A model generated the notes under the pieces. The model saw only the letters and a list, made by a program, of their open reading frames with translations. It did not search any database and was not told the origin of the DNA. From Candidatus Gastranaerophilales bacterium (GTDB lineage: Bacteria; Cyanobacteriota; Vampirovibrionia; Gastranaerophilales; Gastranaerophilaceae): a stretch of DNA of 64,000 bases. The stretch spans positions 14,927 to 78,926 of the forward strand of contig CALUVW010000005.1 of the NCBI GenBank assembly GCA_944324315.1, written 5' to 3'. The position numbers were made by a program, and so were the translations under genes. Below, one piece after another: positions 9,034 to 17,690 of the stretch. Positions within the stretch are counted from its first letter, which is position 1. Every line of letters starts with the position of its first letter.

Positions 9034-9501
9034 CATAAGGCATGTTATCGGAAATTAATAAAGCACTCTTGCTTTTTAATGCGGGAACTATGCGTCCCCG
9101 CACCCCGCACTTAATTTCTTTCTTGCTTGGTTGCTCGCGATTAACGGCGTTGCGTGTCGAATGCTCAACGCATCCGACACGCCAGCCTTAGCTCGCAATC
9201 CGTTTTGTTACGACGCAAAGCGCATTGCCGGCAGACCCGTTTAATGCCGACAATGTAAGAGGAGAAAGAAATTAAGCAAAGAAAGAAAAACACGCTAACT
9301 ATTTAATCTGCACTAAATTCAACCCGAGCGGATGAACTCGCTATATATTGGTCATACTGAACGGGTTTCAGCATCTCTTTACCGCTCAAACAGCATCCGC
9401 TTTGCCACTGTTTCATTAAGTGCAGATTATTGGATTTTTCGTGCGCTTTAGCGCACCGTAATGACTTATTTTATTATTCACTTCCCATAACATGCCTTAT
9501 G
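9034..9501. repeat. GC-enriched nested-palindrome island (candidate structured RNA or stacked MITE-like elements)
   Basis: A perfect 15-bp outer inverted repeat (9034-9048 / 9487-9501) encloses two long hairpin domains. These are closed by perfect stems 9110-9123/9263-9276 (14 bp) and 9304-9314/9419-9429 (11 bp). The island also contains the dispersed hairpin repeat at 9351-9377. Confidence 0.55.
9351..9377 (+). repeat. Dispersed hairpin repeat copy (GTCATACTGAACGGGTTTCAGCATCTC)
   Basis: Consensus match, sitting at the apex of the 9304-9429 hairpin domain. Confidence 0.7.
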
Positions 9502-9568
9502 TAAAATTTGTTTATATTAAACTAGCAAAAAATTTTTTTCTCATGTATTATATTGTGCATAACTTTTT

Positions 9569-10438
9569 ATGGACGATATAATGCAATTATTAATTGAAAA
9601 AGAATTAAAATCTGATGATAAGATTTTAAAGCCTGACTTTAAATCTAAAACAGGAAGGGAATTTCTTGCATTTTATCTGCAAACTAAATTTAAACAAATT
9701 CTTGCTTATGATAAAAGATGTGAAACGCCCTTTTTTAAAGAAGTAAACCCCACATTTATTACAAGATTTACAAGACGTCTTATAAATAATCCGTCAAGAC
9801 GTTTGTTAATCGGTATTTCTGGCGAATCTGCATCCGGGAAATCAACTATATGTAAAGAAATTAAAAATACAATAGAGCAGTTTGCTATGCCGGTGTCTGT
9901 TTTAAGTACGGATAACTACTTCAATGATATTTCTGCGCTGATTAAACAATACGGTAGTTTTGATAATCTTAGGGATAACGGTTATGATATTGATTCTCCG
10001 GATAGTTTTCAGCTTGATTTGTTAAAAAATGATTTGGAATTGCTTGCCGAAGGTAGAGATATTAAAGCGCCTAGATATGTCCCTAACGGTACCGGAGTGT
10101 CTATCCCGCGTTCTTTGGATGTTCGTTCTGACAAAATTATTGTTGTAGAAGGTATTGCTACAATGTATAAAGATGTTAAAGATGTTTTTGATGTTAAAAT
10201 ATATATAGAAACCGAAAGTGATATAAGGCGTGAAAGAATTATAAAAAGAGCTATTGCAGAACGTAATCAGGATGAGGTAAATGCTTTCAAGCACTGGGAG
10301 TATCTCCTTCGTGCCGGTGACAAATATGTAAAACCCTGCAGACAGTATGCAGATTTTGTTTTGGACGGAAATTCTGATTTACATTATTTGGATCAAATTT
10401 TGGAATATATTTATGCTTTTACAAATAATTTTCAATAA
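9569..10438 (+). CDS. Uridine kinase / phosphoribulokinase-family P-loop kinase with an N-terminal extension
   Basis: ISGESASGKSTIC Walker A, and a downstream DNYF...VVEGI pattern typical of the Udk/PRK family. Confidence 0.6.
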   Translation: MDDIMQLLIEKELKSDDKILKPDFKSKTGREFLAFYLQTKFKQILAYDKRCETPFFKEVNPTFITRFTRRLINNPSRRLLIGISGESASGKSTICKEIKNTIEQFAMPVSVLSTDNYFNDISALIKQYGSFDNLRDNGYDIDSPDSFQLDLLKNDLELLAEGRDIKAPRYVPNGTGVSIPRSLDVRSDKIIVVEGIATMYKDVKDVFDVKIYIETESDIRRERIIKRAIAERNQDEVNAFKHWEYLLRAGDKYVKPCRQYADFVLDGNSDLHYLDQILEYIYAFTNNFQ

Positions 10439-10599
10439 TATTTCTTAATATTTTTGACTTTTTTGCCATGACTATAAAAATGTGCTATTATAAATTTACA
10501 ATAGTGTAATTTTTTTGAATTAAATACACTAAATAATTGATACGTTAATTATTATATTTTAATATAATAAAACAGGATAAGATAAGAGATAGGTGGCAA

Positions 10600-11367
10600 G
10601 TGAGTAAAAATTTTATAGACAGATTTTATGAAGAGGATATAAAAGACCAATTCTGGAGTCTAAATAAAATAATAGGCATAGGAGTTGCGCTTTTACTCTT
10701 AACTATAATTATGATAAATACTACGGGATGTACTCAGAATTTGTCTGAAGAATCCTTTTCTATGGATCTTCCGGCAAATGCAGCAGAACCGCCGCATAAA
10801 GGTTCTGTTAAGGTCGGGAATGATGGTGTGAATGCTGCCATTGCGCCTGATTCATTGGACAATTATATTGCGGCAGTTCCTGATAAACCGTTAAAGAATA
10901 GTACAGCAAAAAATACAACAACAGTAACGATGTCTGTTGAAGATTCCGGACGTTCTGATCCGTTTCTTCCTTTGCATGAAGCTGCAGCAGCAGCAGCTGC
11001 AAAGGCTCAAAAAGCAAAAGCTAAACAAGTTAATCCTAATTTAGTTCCGCCTCCGGAATCATTGATTGTAGATTCTACTGCAACAGATGTTATGACAACA
11101 AAAGTTTCCGGGATTATGTTTGATAAACTTAATCCTTCAGCTATTTTGAAAATCGGCGGTTCTGATTATTTGGTCAGAAGCGGTGATATTATCAACGGTT
11201 ATAAAATACTTTCGATAGCAAAAGATAATGTAACTGTTCAATATGGCGCTAACGTATATAAAGCCGGTGTTGGTGAATTATTTACCGGCGACGGTATAAA
11301 CTATAATACGGTTTCTAATTTGGAAAGCAAATTCGGTGGACGTAAAAATATTGCAGGTAAAAAATAA
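10600..11367 (+). CDS. Membrane-anchored PilP/GspC-like secretin-associated protein (hypothetical)
   Basis: GTG start, one N-terminal TM segment or lipobox-like TTGC, and an Ala/Lys-rich linker. The C-terminal beta-rich segment (ILKIGGSDYLVRSGDIINGYKILSIAKDNVTV) resembles PilP/GspC HR domains. It lies directly upstream of the secretin. Confidence 0.4.
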   Translation: MSKNFIDRFYEEDIKDQFWSLNKIIGIGVALLLLTIIMINTTGCTQNLSEESFSMDLPANAAEPPHKGSVKVGNDGVNAAIAPDSLDNYIAAVPDKPLKNSTAKNTTTVTMSVEDSGRSDPFLPLHEAAAAAAAKAQKAKAKQVNPNLVPPPESLIVDSTATDVMTTKVSGIMFDKLNPSAILKIGGSDYLVRSGDIINGYKILSIAKDNVTVQYGANVYKAGVGELFTGDGINYNTVSNLESKFGGRKNIAGKK

Positions 11368-11396
11368 TTACAAAAAATAATAAACCAGGAGCAGAT

Positions 11397-13271
11397 ATGA
11401 AAGATAAAATTTTAAGAAAATTTATTGCAGGCTTAATGTTAACGGCATTTGTTTTTACAAACAGTGTCTTAACGGTTGCGGCAATGGAAGATGCCGGAGA
11501 GCTCAATGTTTACGGGCTTGAATCCAAACCTGATTTACGTGACAATCAGGAAGAATATTCTTTAAAATTAAAGGGGGATGTAAGTTTCACAGAGAAAAAT
11601 ATCCCTATAAGCATCAGTTTAAGAGATTCTGATGTTCAGCAAGTTTTGAGAATGTTTGCGGATAAAGCGGGTTTGAATATTATATTCCATAATTCCGTTT
11701 CAGGAACTGTAACGCTTGACTTGGTTGATGTTCCATTAAATAAAGCTTTTGACATGGTTATGGAAATAAATGACCTTAACTATGTTATTGACGGAAAAAC
11801 AATTGTTGTTGCAAAATCCGGTACTTCAGGCTTCAATCTTGCAAAACAGGATATGACTTTGATTCCGGTAAAATATATCAGTGCCTCTGCTCTTGCTGAC
11901 TTTTTAAATAAAAATATTTTTGCAATGCATAAACCGGGCTTATCAAGTTCTGATATTGTTACAACAAATCCTGTGAACAATGAGTTGATTGTATTCGGGA
12001 CGAAAAATGACGTTGCTATAGCCAAGAAAATTGTTGACAAATTTGATAAAAAGCCGCAGACAACTACATTTAAAGTTAACCATACAACTCCGGCAGAAAT
12101 GGCTACTATGATTTGTAGTATGTTGTTGCCGGCTACAGGCGGCGGTGCTACTGGCGGAGCTGCCGGTATTATGACAGGTGCGGCAGCAGCTGATTATAAT
12201 CCAAGCGGAGGTTCATCAGGCGGCGGCGGAGCTGCTGGCGGTGGCGGAGGATCCGGCAGCGGTATAGCGTTGAATGAAGGAACTATTGCTTGTACTTTAG
12301 ATGGTAAAGCAAACGGTTCGATGTCATCATTCGGATTACAAAATTTATCTGTTGCATATTATTCACAGCTAGGTACTATAAGTATTATGGGTGGTTCTGA
12401 ACAGCAGATTGAAATGATAAAAGACTTTATTGCACAAACTGATAAAAAACAGCCTCAGGCATATTTAGAGGTTGCTATTATTGAATTGAATGAAGAAGGA
12501 AGTAAAACATTACAAAATAACTGGACTTTCTTAAGCCACTCTTTCTCAGCTTCATTTGACGGAGAAACAACAAGAACAGATCCTTTACATCCTATATTCT
12601 TTAAAGGCAATGGCTATGATGTATGGGATACAACAAGTGAAGAGCCTGAAATTGTTAACACTTTAAGACCATTCAGCGGTCCGATTAATATATCTTATGC
12701 AATTAATTATTTAATCAGCAACCAGAAAGGACGTATAGTATCAAATCCTAAAATTTTAATAACTAACGGACAGGAAGCTACTATAGATATAACTCAAGAC
12801 TATATTGAATCTACAGAATCCGAACAGAGCGCATACACAGGTGGTACAATTGCTACAAGAACCTATAATATTGCAAGTGATGCAGGTATTAAGGTTGGTA
12901 TTACACCATTCATAAGTCCTGACGGCTATGTTACATTGAATATTACACCGGAATATGCTACTATTTTAAGTCAGGTTCCGGCTCAGGATGAAAATGGTAC
13001 CTATACAGCAGCAACTTTGCTGTCACGTAGAAATCTTGATTTGAAAAATGTTCGAATTAAAGATGGTGAAACACTTGTTATTGCTGGTTTAATTAACGAA
13101 GAAGAACAAAAAACGGTAGGCAAAGTTCCGTTCTTAGGTGATATTCCGGGAATTGGCGCACTGTTCAGATCAACTACTTCTACTAAAAGTAAAAATGAGA
13201 TGGTTATAATGATCACTCCAAAGATTGTTACTGATACAGAGGATGCAGTTGGAAATACCGAAACATTATAG
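11397..13271 (+). CDS. pilQ: Secretin (PilQ/GspD family) with an internal Gly-rich insertion
   Basis: Signal peptide, N-domains, and a C-terminal secretin core (VSNPKILITNGQEATI...VPFLGDIPGIGALFRS). A Gly/Ala/Ser-rich low-complexity linker (GGGATGGAAG...GGGGSGSG) is present. Confidence 0.85.
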   Translation: MKDKILRKFIAGLMLTAFVFTNSVLTVAAMEDAGELNVYGLESKPDLRDNQEEYSLKLKGDVSFTEKNIPISISLRDSDVQQVLRMFADKAGLNIIFHNSVSGTVTLDLVDVPLNKAFDMVMEINDLNYVIDGKTIVVAKSGTSGFNLAKQDMTLIPVKYISASALADFLNKNIFAMHKPGLSSSDIVTTNPVNNELIVFGTKNDVAIAKKIVDKFDKKPQTTTFKVNHTTPAEMATMICSMLLPATGGGATGGAAGIMTGAAAADYNPSGGSSGGGGAAGGGGGSGSGIALNEGTIACTLDGKANGSMSSFGLQNLSVAYYSQLGTISIMGGSEQQIEMIKDFIAQTDKKQPQAYLEVAIIELNEEGSKTLQNNWTFLSHSFSASFDGETTRTDPLHPIFFKGNGYDVWDTTSEEPEIVNTLRPFSGPINISYAINYLISNQKGRIVSNPKILITNGQEATIDITQDYIESTESEQSAYTGGTIATRTYNIASDAGIKVGITPFISPDGYVTLNITPEYATILSQVPAQDENGTYTAATLLSRRNLDLKNVRIKDGETLVIAGLINEEEQKTVGKVPFLGDIPGIGALFRSTTSTKSKNEMVIMITPKIVTDTEDAVGNTETL

Positions 13272-13288
13272 AATAAAATATCAATAAG

Positions 13289-15298
13289 ATGAATGAGCTA
13301 CTTAACAGGTTAAAAAACAGTATCAATACCCAGATACTGAATAAAGTAAACAGCACACTATTGGAACAATATAAATTTGTTCCAATTAGTGTTAAAGATA
13401 ATTTCCTTTTTGTAGCAATAAATTCTACCTCTGATAAAGATGTTATAAACCTTAAACTGAAAGAGTTTTATCCCCAACAGATAAAATTTATACAGGTGCC
13501 CGATCAGGACTTGCTGGATTTAATTGAAAACATAAAATCTGATATGCAAAAATCAGGCCCTGACGATGGTACATCAAAGCAGGTCAGACTCGGAGAACTT
13601 TTAGTTCAAAAAGGTTATATCAATGATGTTCAATTGCTGCAGGCTCTGGCTGAGAGTAAAAGACAAAAAATTCCTATAGGTTCTACTCTTTTTAAACTCG
13701 GATTTATTTCGCTTGATCAACTTAAAGAAATCTTGCATCTTCAAACGGGTTATGATCTTGTAACTCCTGAACAGCTTGCGTCTCAGGCTAAATTTATAAA
13801 AATTCTTCCGGAAGATTTTATCAAAACAAATAAAATTATTCCGATATCTTCTGACGGCAAGACTCTTATTCTTGGTGTTGTTACCCCTGTTAAACCGGAT
13901 ATTCTTAAAGATATTATTTATTTGACAGGACAAAATCCAAAACAGCTTTTGATGACTCATTACGAGTTTGAAAACTCGTTAAACACATTTTTCAGTGAAC
14001 AGAAAAAGGAAACTGAAAAAGTTATCAAAGAAATCGAAAGTGAAGTTGAAGAGCTTGAAGTTGAAGAATCTTTGTCTGATATGGTTGATAAACAGCTGAA
14101 AGATTCAACCGGTTCAGTTGCAAAATTCGTAAACCAGATTATTACAAATGCGATTGACAATAAAGTATCAGATATCCACATAGAACCAAGATTGACAGGG
14201 TATATCGTAAGATACAGAAAAGACGGTATGCTGCAAAAAGTTCTTGATATTCCGCCAAAAGTTGAAACCTCGGTTATTGCACGTTTTAAGGTTTTGTCAA
14301 GAATGAACATCGCAGAACACAGACGACCTCAAGACGGTACGTTTTCCATAAAGTATAAAAACGGATCTTATGACTTCCGTATAAATACTCTTCCTGTTTC
14401 CGGTAAAGAAAAAGTCTGTATTCGTGTACTTGCTCCTGCAGTAAGTTTGAATGCCGAAGATAAAAATATTAAGTTAGTTGGCGGAACTGATGAAGATATT
14501 GCTAAAATTAAAAATATGGTAAGTTGTCCAAACGGTATTATTCTTACATCCGGTCCTACCGGTTCTGGTAAAACAACTACTTTGTATTCGGTATTAAAAA
14601 GTTTGAATGACGAAGATGTTAACATTACTACAATTGAGGACCCGATAGAAATTAAACTTGAAGGTATTAACCAGTCACAGATTAATGCAAAAGCCGGTAT
14701 TACATTCGCATCCTGTATGCGTGCTATCTTAAGACAAGACCCGGATATTATCCTTGTTGGTGAAATTCGTGACTACGAAACATTAGAGATTGCGATATCC
14801 GCGGCATTGACAGGTCACCTTGTATTAAGTACCGTTCACACAAACTCTGCAGCCGCAACAGTTACCCGTTTGATTGAAATGGGAGCAAAAGATTATCTCG
14901 TATCATCAACACTATCAGGGGTTATTGCTCAACGTCTGGTCAGAAAACTTTGTGATGATTGTAAAGAAGAATATTTCGCAAGTCATGAAGAAGCAAGGCA
15001 AATAATCGCAAATGAAGATGAAATTCAAGAATTTATGAAAAAACCGATTTATCGTGCAAAAGGTTGTAATAAATGCGGATTTACCGGTTATAAAGGCCGA
15101 CTTGGCGTATATGAAATTATGACAATTAATAAAGAAATTAAAAAGTTAATTGCAAAGGGTGCTCATGATTTGGAAATTGAAGAATCTGCAGTTAGACATG
15201 GCATGAGGACACTTAATCAATCATGTATCAGCCATATACTTAATGGCATGACAACAATTTCTGAATTTGTAAGGGTACTCGGTGTTGTTAACGAATAG
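13289..15298 (+). CDS. pilB: GspE/PilB-family type IV pilus / T2SS assembly ATPase
   Basis: Walker A GPTGSGKTT, Asp and His boxes, and a tetracysteine motif CDDC...CNKC. It also has T2SSE_N-like N-terminal domains. Confidence 0.9.
   Translation: MNELLNRLKNSINTQILNKVNSTLLEQYKFVPISVKDNFLFVAINSTSDKDVINLKLKEFYPQQIKFIQVPDQDLLDLIENIKSDMQKSGPDDGTSKQVRLGELLVQKGYINDVQLLQALAESKRQKIPIGSTLFKLGFISLDQLKEILHLQTGYDLVTPEQLASQAKFIKILPEDFIKTNKIIPISSDGKTLILGVVTPVKPDILKDIIYLTGQNPKQLLMTHYEFENSLNTFFSEQKKETEKVIKEIESEVEELEVEESLSDMVDKQLKDSTGSVAKFVNQIITNAIDNKVSDIHIEPRLTGYIVRYRKDGMLQKVLDIPPKVETSVIARFKVLSRMNIAEHRRPQDGTFSIKYKNGSYDFRINTLPVSGKEKVCIRVLAPAVSLNAEDKNIKLVGGTDEDIAKIKNMVSCPNGIILTSGPTGSGKTTTLYSVLKSLNDEDVNITTIEDPIEIKLEGINQSQINAKAGITFASCMRAILRQDPDIILVGEIRDYETLEIAISAALTGHLVLSTVHTNSAAATVTRLIEMGAKDYLVSSTLSGVIAQRLVRKLCDDCKEEYFASHEEARQIIANEDEIQEFMKKPIYRAKGCNKCGFTGYKGRLGVYEIMTINKEIKKLIAKGAHDLEIEESAVRHGMRTLNQSCISHILNGMTTISEFVRVLGVVNE
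13586..13744 (+). other. MshEN-like tandem motif (candidate c-di-GMP-binding region) within the pilus ATPase
   Basis: The two motifs are RLGELLVQKGYINDVQLLQALAES and IGSTLFKLGFISLDQLKEILHLQ. Both follow the RLGxxLLxxGLIxxxxLxxxLxxQ pattern described for MshE-type N-domains. Confidence 0.5.
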
Positions 15299-15306
15299 GA
15301 GAAATA

Positions 15307-16530
15307 ATGGCAATATATAATTACATAGCTTTAAAAAATAATAAAGATATCGTAAAAGGTAAAGTTGATGCCGAAGACTTGAGAGAAGCAAGAGAAAGTA
15401 TTCGAAAACTCGGCTTTATTCCGACAAAAGTTTATGAGGAAAAAGGCAAAGAAGACAATAAAGCCGCTAAGGGAGATGTAAAAGGCGGGAAAATTCAAAA
15501 ACTCGGGCTTCAAGATCGTATTGATTTCACCTCAACTTTGCAAATATTGGCTCAGGCAGGTATTCCTATTATTGAATCTTTGATGTTTATTGAAAACGAT
15601 GCGGCAAAGCTCAGAGTAAGACTTGTTGCAAAAGAATTAAGACGTCAGATTATGGCAGGTGCTACATTTGCTGATACGGTTGCAAGATATCCCGAACAGT
15701 TTGGACAGGTATATATCGGTCTTGTAAAAGCCGGTGAAGATTCCGGTGAACTTGAAAAAACTTTGCAACGTCTTTTGGAATTGCAGACAAAAGAGGCAAA
15801 TATCAGAGGTAAAGTTATCGGAACATTGATGTATCCGATGTTCGTTATTGTTTTGGCAGTAATTATTGTACTTGTTATGTTAATGTTCGTATTCCCTGTA
15901 TTCAAAGAAATGTTTGACGGTATGGGAAAAGAACTGCCATGGATTACGGCGACATTGATGAGTGCCGGTGTGTTCTTAAAAACATACTGGTTTTTTGCTC
16001 CGATTATATTAGGTTCTATGGTTGGTTTTTGTACATTCATCATGAGATGGCAGCCTTCAAAAAGAAAAGTTGACGAATATGTATTAAAAATTCCTCTTTT
16101 ATCTGATTTGATGCAATTTTCAAACTTTGCAAACTTTGTTGCGGTTATGCAGGTTGCGTACGACGCAGGTGTTCCGATTATTGAGTGTTTATACCTTGCG
16201 AATTTGACTCTTACAAACTATACACTTAAAACAAAAATAGAAGCAGCAACTCTAAAAGTTCAACAGGGGCAGCATTTATCTGTTGCATTAAGATCAACTG
16301 GGGTTATGCCAAAGATGATTTTGTTTATGATTGCAACCGGTGAACAATCTGGTCGTTTGGGTGATATGCTTTTGCAGGCAACATCTTATATTGATAAAAA
16401 ACTTGATACAATTATTGATACAATGACAAAAATGATTGAGCCGATAATGCTTATCGTAATTGGTAGTATTGTATTGACATTGGCTCTTGCACTTTACTTA
16501 CCGCTGTTCAATTCTTATATGACAGATTAG
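15307..16530 (+). CDS. pilC: GspF/PilC-family platform protein
   Basis: 407 aa. It has two repeated T2SSF domains and three TM segments, and follows the ATPase by 8 nt. Confidence 0.9.
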   Translation: MAIYNYIALKNNKDIVKGKVDAEDLREARESIRKLGFIPTKVYEEKGKEDNKAAKGDVKGGKIQKLGLQDRIDFTSTLQILAQAGIPIIESLMFIENDAAKLRVRLVAKELRRQIMAGATFADTVARYPEQFGQVYIGLVKAGEDSGELEKTLQRLLELQTKEANIRGKVIGTLMYPMFVIVLAVIIVLVMLMFVFPVFKEMFDGMGKELPWITATLMSAGVFLKTYWFFAPIILGSMVGFCTFIMRWQPSKRKVDEYVLKIPLLSDLMQFSNFANFVAVMQVAYDAGVPIIECLYLANLTLTNYTLKTKIEAATLKVQQGQHLSVALRSTGVMPKMILFMIATGEQSGRLGDMLLQATSYIDKKLDTIIDTMTKMIEPIMLIVIGSIVLTLALALYLPLFNSYMTD

Positions 16531-16547
16531 TGAAAAGGAATTTATTT

Positions 16548-17366
16548 ATGAAAAAAACGTATGTAATTACGGGGACAACTTCCGGTATAGGGAAAAACCT
16601 GCTTGAAGTCTTTGCAAAAAATAACATTGTTTTTGCAGGCTATAGAAATGAAAAATATCTTGAGGATTTAAAGGCGGTCTCGGATAATGTAATCCCTTTT
16701 TTCATAGACATGGAAAATAAATCATCAATTGCACAGGCTGCAGCATTTATTAAATCTAAAACAGATAAAATTGATACCTTGATAAATGTTGCAGGATGTG
16801 TTGTTGCAGGATTAATGGACAGAATTGATGTTGATGATATAAGAAAGCAGTTTGAAGTTAATACTTTTTCGCATCTTGATTTGACACAAAGATTATTACC
16901 TTTATTAAAAGGCGGAAAAATCATAAATATAAGTTCTATGGCAAGTTTTGGGATATTTCCTTTTGTTGCCCCATATTGTGCCTCAAAACGGGCTATGGAT
17001 ATTTTGTTTAATTCTCTTGCTGTAGAATCAAACATAAAAGTAGTTTCGGTTAAACCTGGAGTCATTGCAACTCCTCTGTGGGGAAAATCCGTTGAACTTA
17101 ATAAAAAATCAATTGAAAATTGTAAAGAATATGAAAAACAGATGCAATATATGATTTCGAATGCTAAAAAGAACGAAACCAATGGTCTTGATGTTCATAA
17201 AGTCACTGACCTGATAATAAAAATTGACGGAGATGACAATCCTAAAGCATCTTACACAGTAGGTAAAGATGCATTTTTTGCTAAATTAGCATCAAAACTT
17301 CCTCAAGATTGGATTAACAAGATGATAAGGTACGGAATAAAATCTAAGATTTCTTCCGTAAAATAA
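16548..17366 (+). CDS. SDR-family oxidoreductase
   Basis: ITGTTSGIG loop and a YCASK catalytic motif. The ATG at 16548 is preferred over the GTG at 16530. Confidence 0.75.
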   Translation: MKKTYVITGTTSGIGKNLLEVFAKNNIVFAGYRNEKYLEDLKAVSDNVIPFFIDMENKSSIAQAAAFIKSKTDKIDTLINVAGCVVAGLMDRIDVDDIRKQFEVNTFSHLDLTQRLLPLLKGGKIINISSMASFGIFPFVAPYCASKRAMDILFNSLAVESNIKVVSVKPGVIATPLWGKSVELNKKSIENCKEYEKQMQYMISNAKKNETNGLDVHKVTDLIIKIDGDDNPKASYTVGKDAFFAKLASKLPQDWINKMIRYGIKSKISSVK

Positions 17367-17580
17367 TTTCGTAATTTAAAATATCCGCTATTTCTGCAAG
17401 TTCAGAGACTCGAAATGTTTTGTTGCGCAGTTTGTTACTAAGGTTGTTATTACTATCACTTTTACCGTATTTTTCGTTAACAAGTTCTTTTACTCTTTTT
17501 ACGGTAAGACCGTCAATGGCTGCGAGATATTTGATTTGTAGGGCTAATTTATCTGTTTCAAGTATTATTTCTCTGTCCAT
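17344..17580 (-). CDS. Small putative DNA-binding (HTH-like) protein, divergent from a pilin-like gene
   Basis: 78 aa. The pattern LTVKRVKELVNEKYG...LSNKLRNKTFRVSELAEIADIL resembles short XRE/phage-repressor-type HTH proteins. This is a weak call. Confidence 0.35.
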   Translation of the reverse strand: MDREIILETDKLALQIKYLAAIDGLTVKRVKELVNEKYGKSDSNNNLSNKLRNKTFRVSELAEIADILNYEIILRKKS

Positions 17581-17622
17581 TAAAGAATAATACTATTTAT
17601 TAATTAATAAAGACAATAGATA

Positions 17623-17651
17623 TTGACATTATTAATTATATAGTTAATAAT
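17623..17651 (+). promoter_or_regulatory. Sigma70-like promoter for the pilin-like gene 17691 (TTGACA-16/17-TAATAAT)
   Basis: TTGACA at 17623-17628 and an AT-rich -10 near 17645-17651. It is embedded in TTAATTAAT palindromic words. Confidence 0.4.
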
Positions 17652-17690
17652 ATATATTAAATAATTAATTAATATGACAGGAGGATTTTT

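Noticed and set aside
9034-9501. RNase P RNA, tmRNA or SRP RNA in the GC-rich island
   Set aside because: I looked for hallmark strings and found none. These were GGAAAGUCC and ACAGAA.CCGGCUUA for RNase P, GGGGCUGA...UCCACCA plus a tag ORF for tmRNA, and the SRP domain IV GGAAG/AGCAGC motif.
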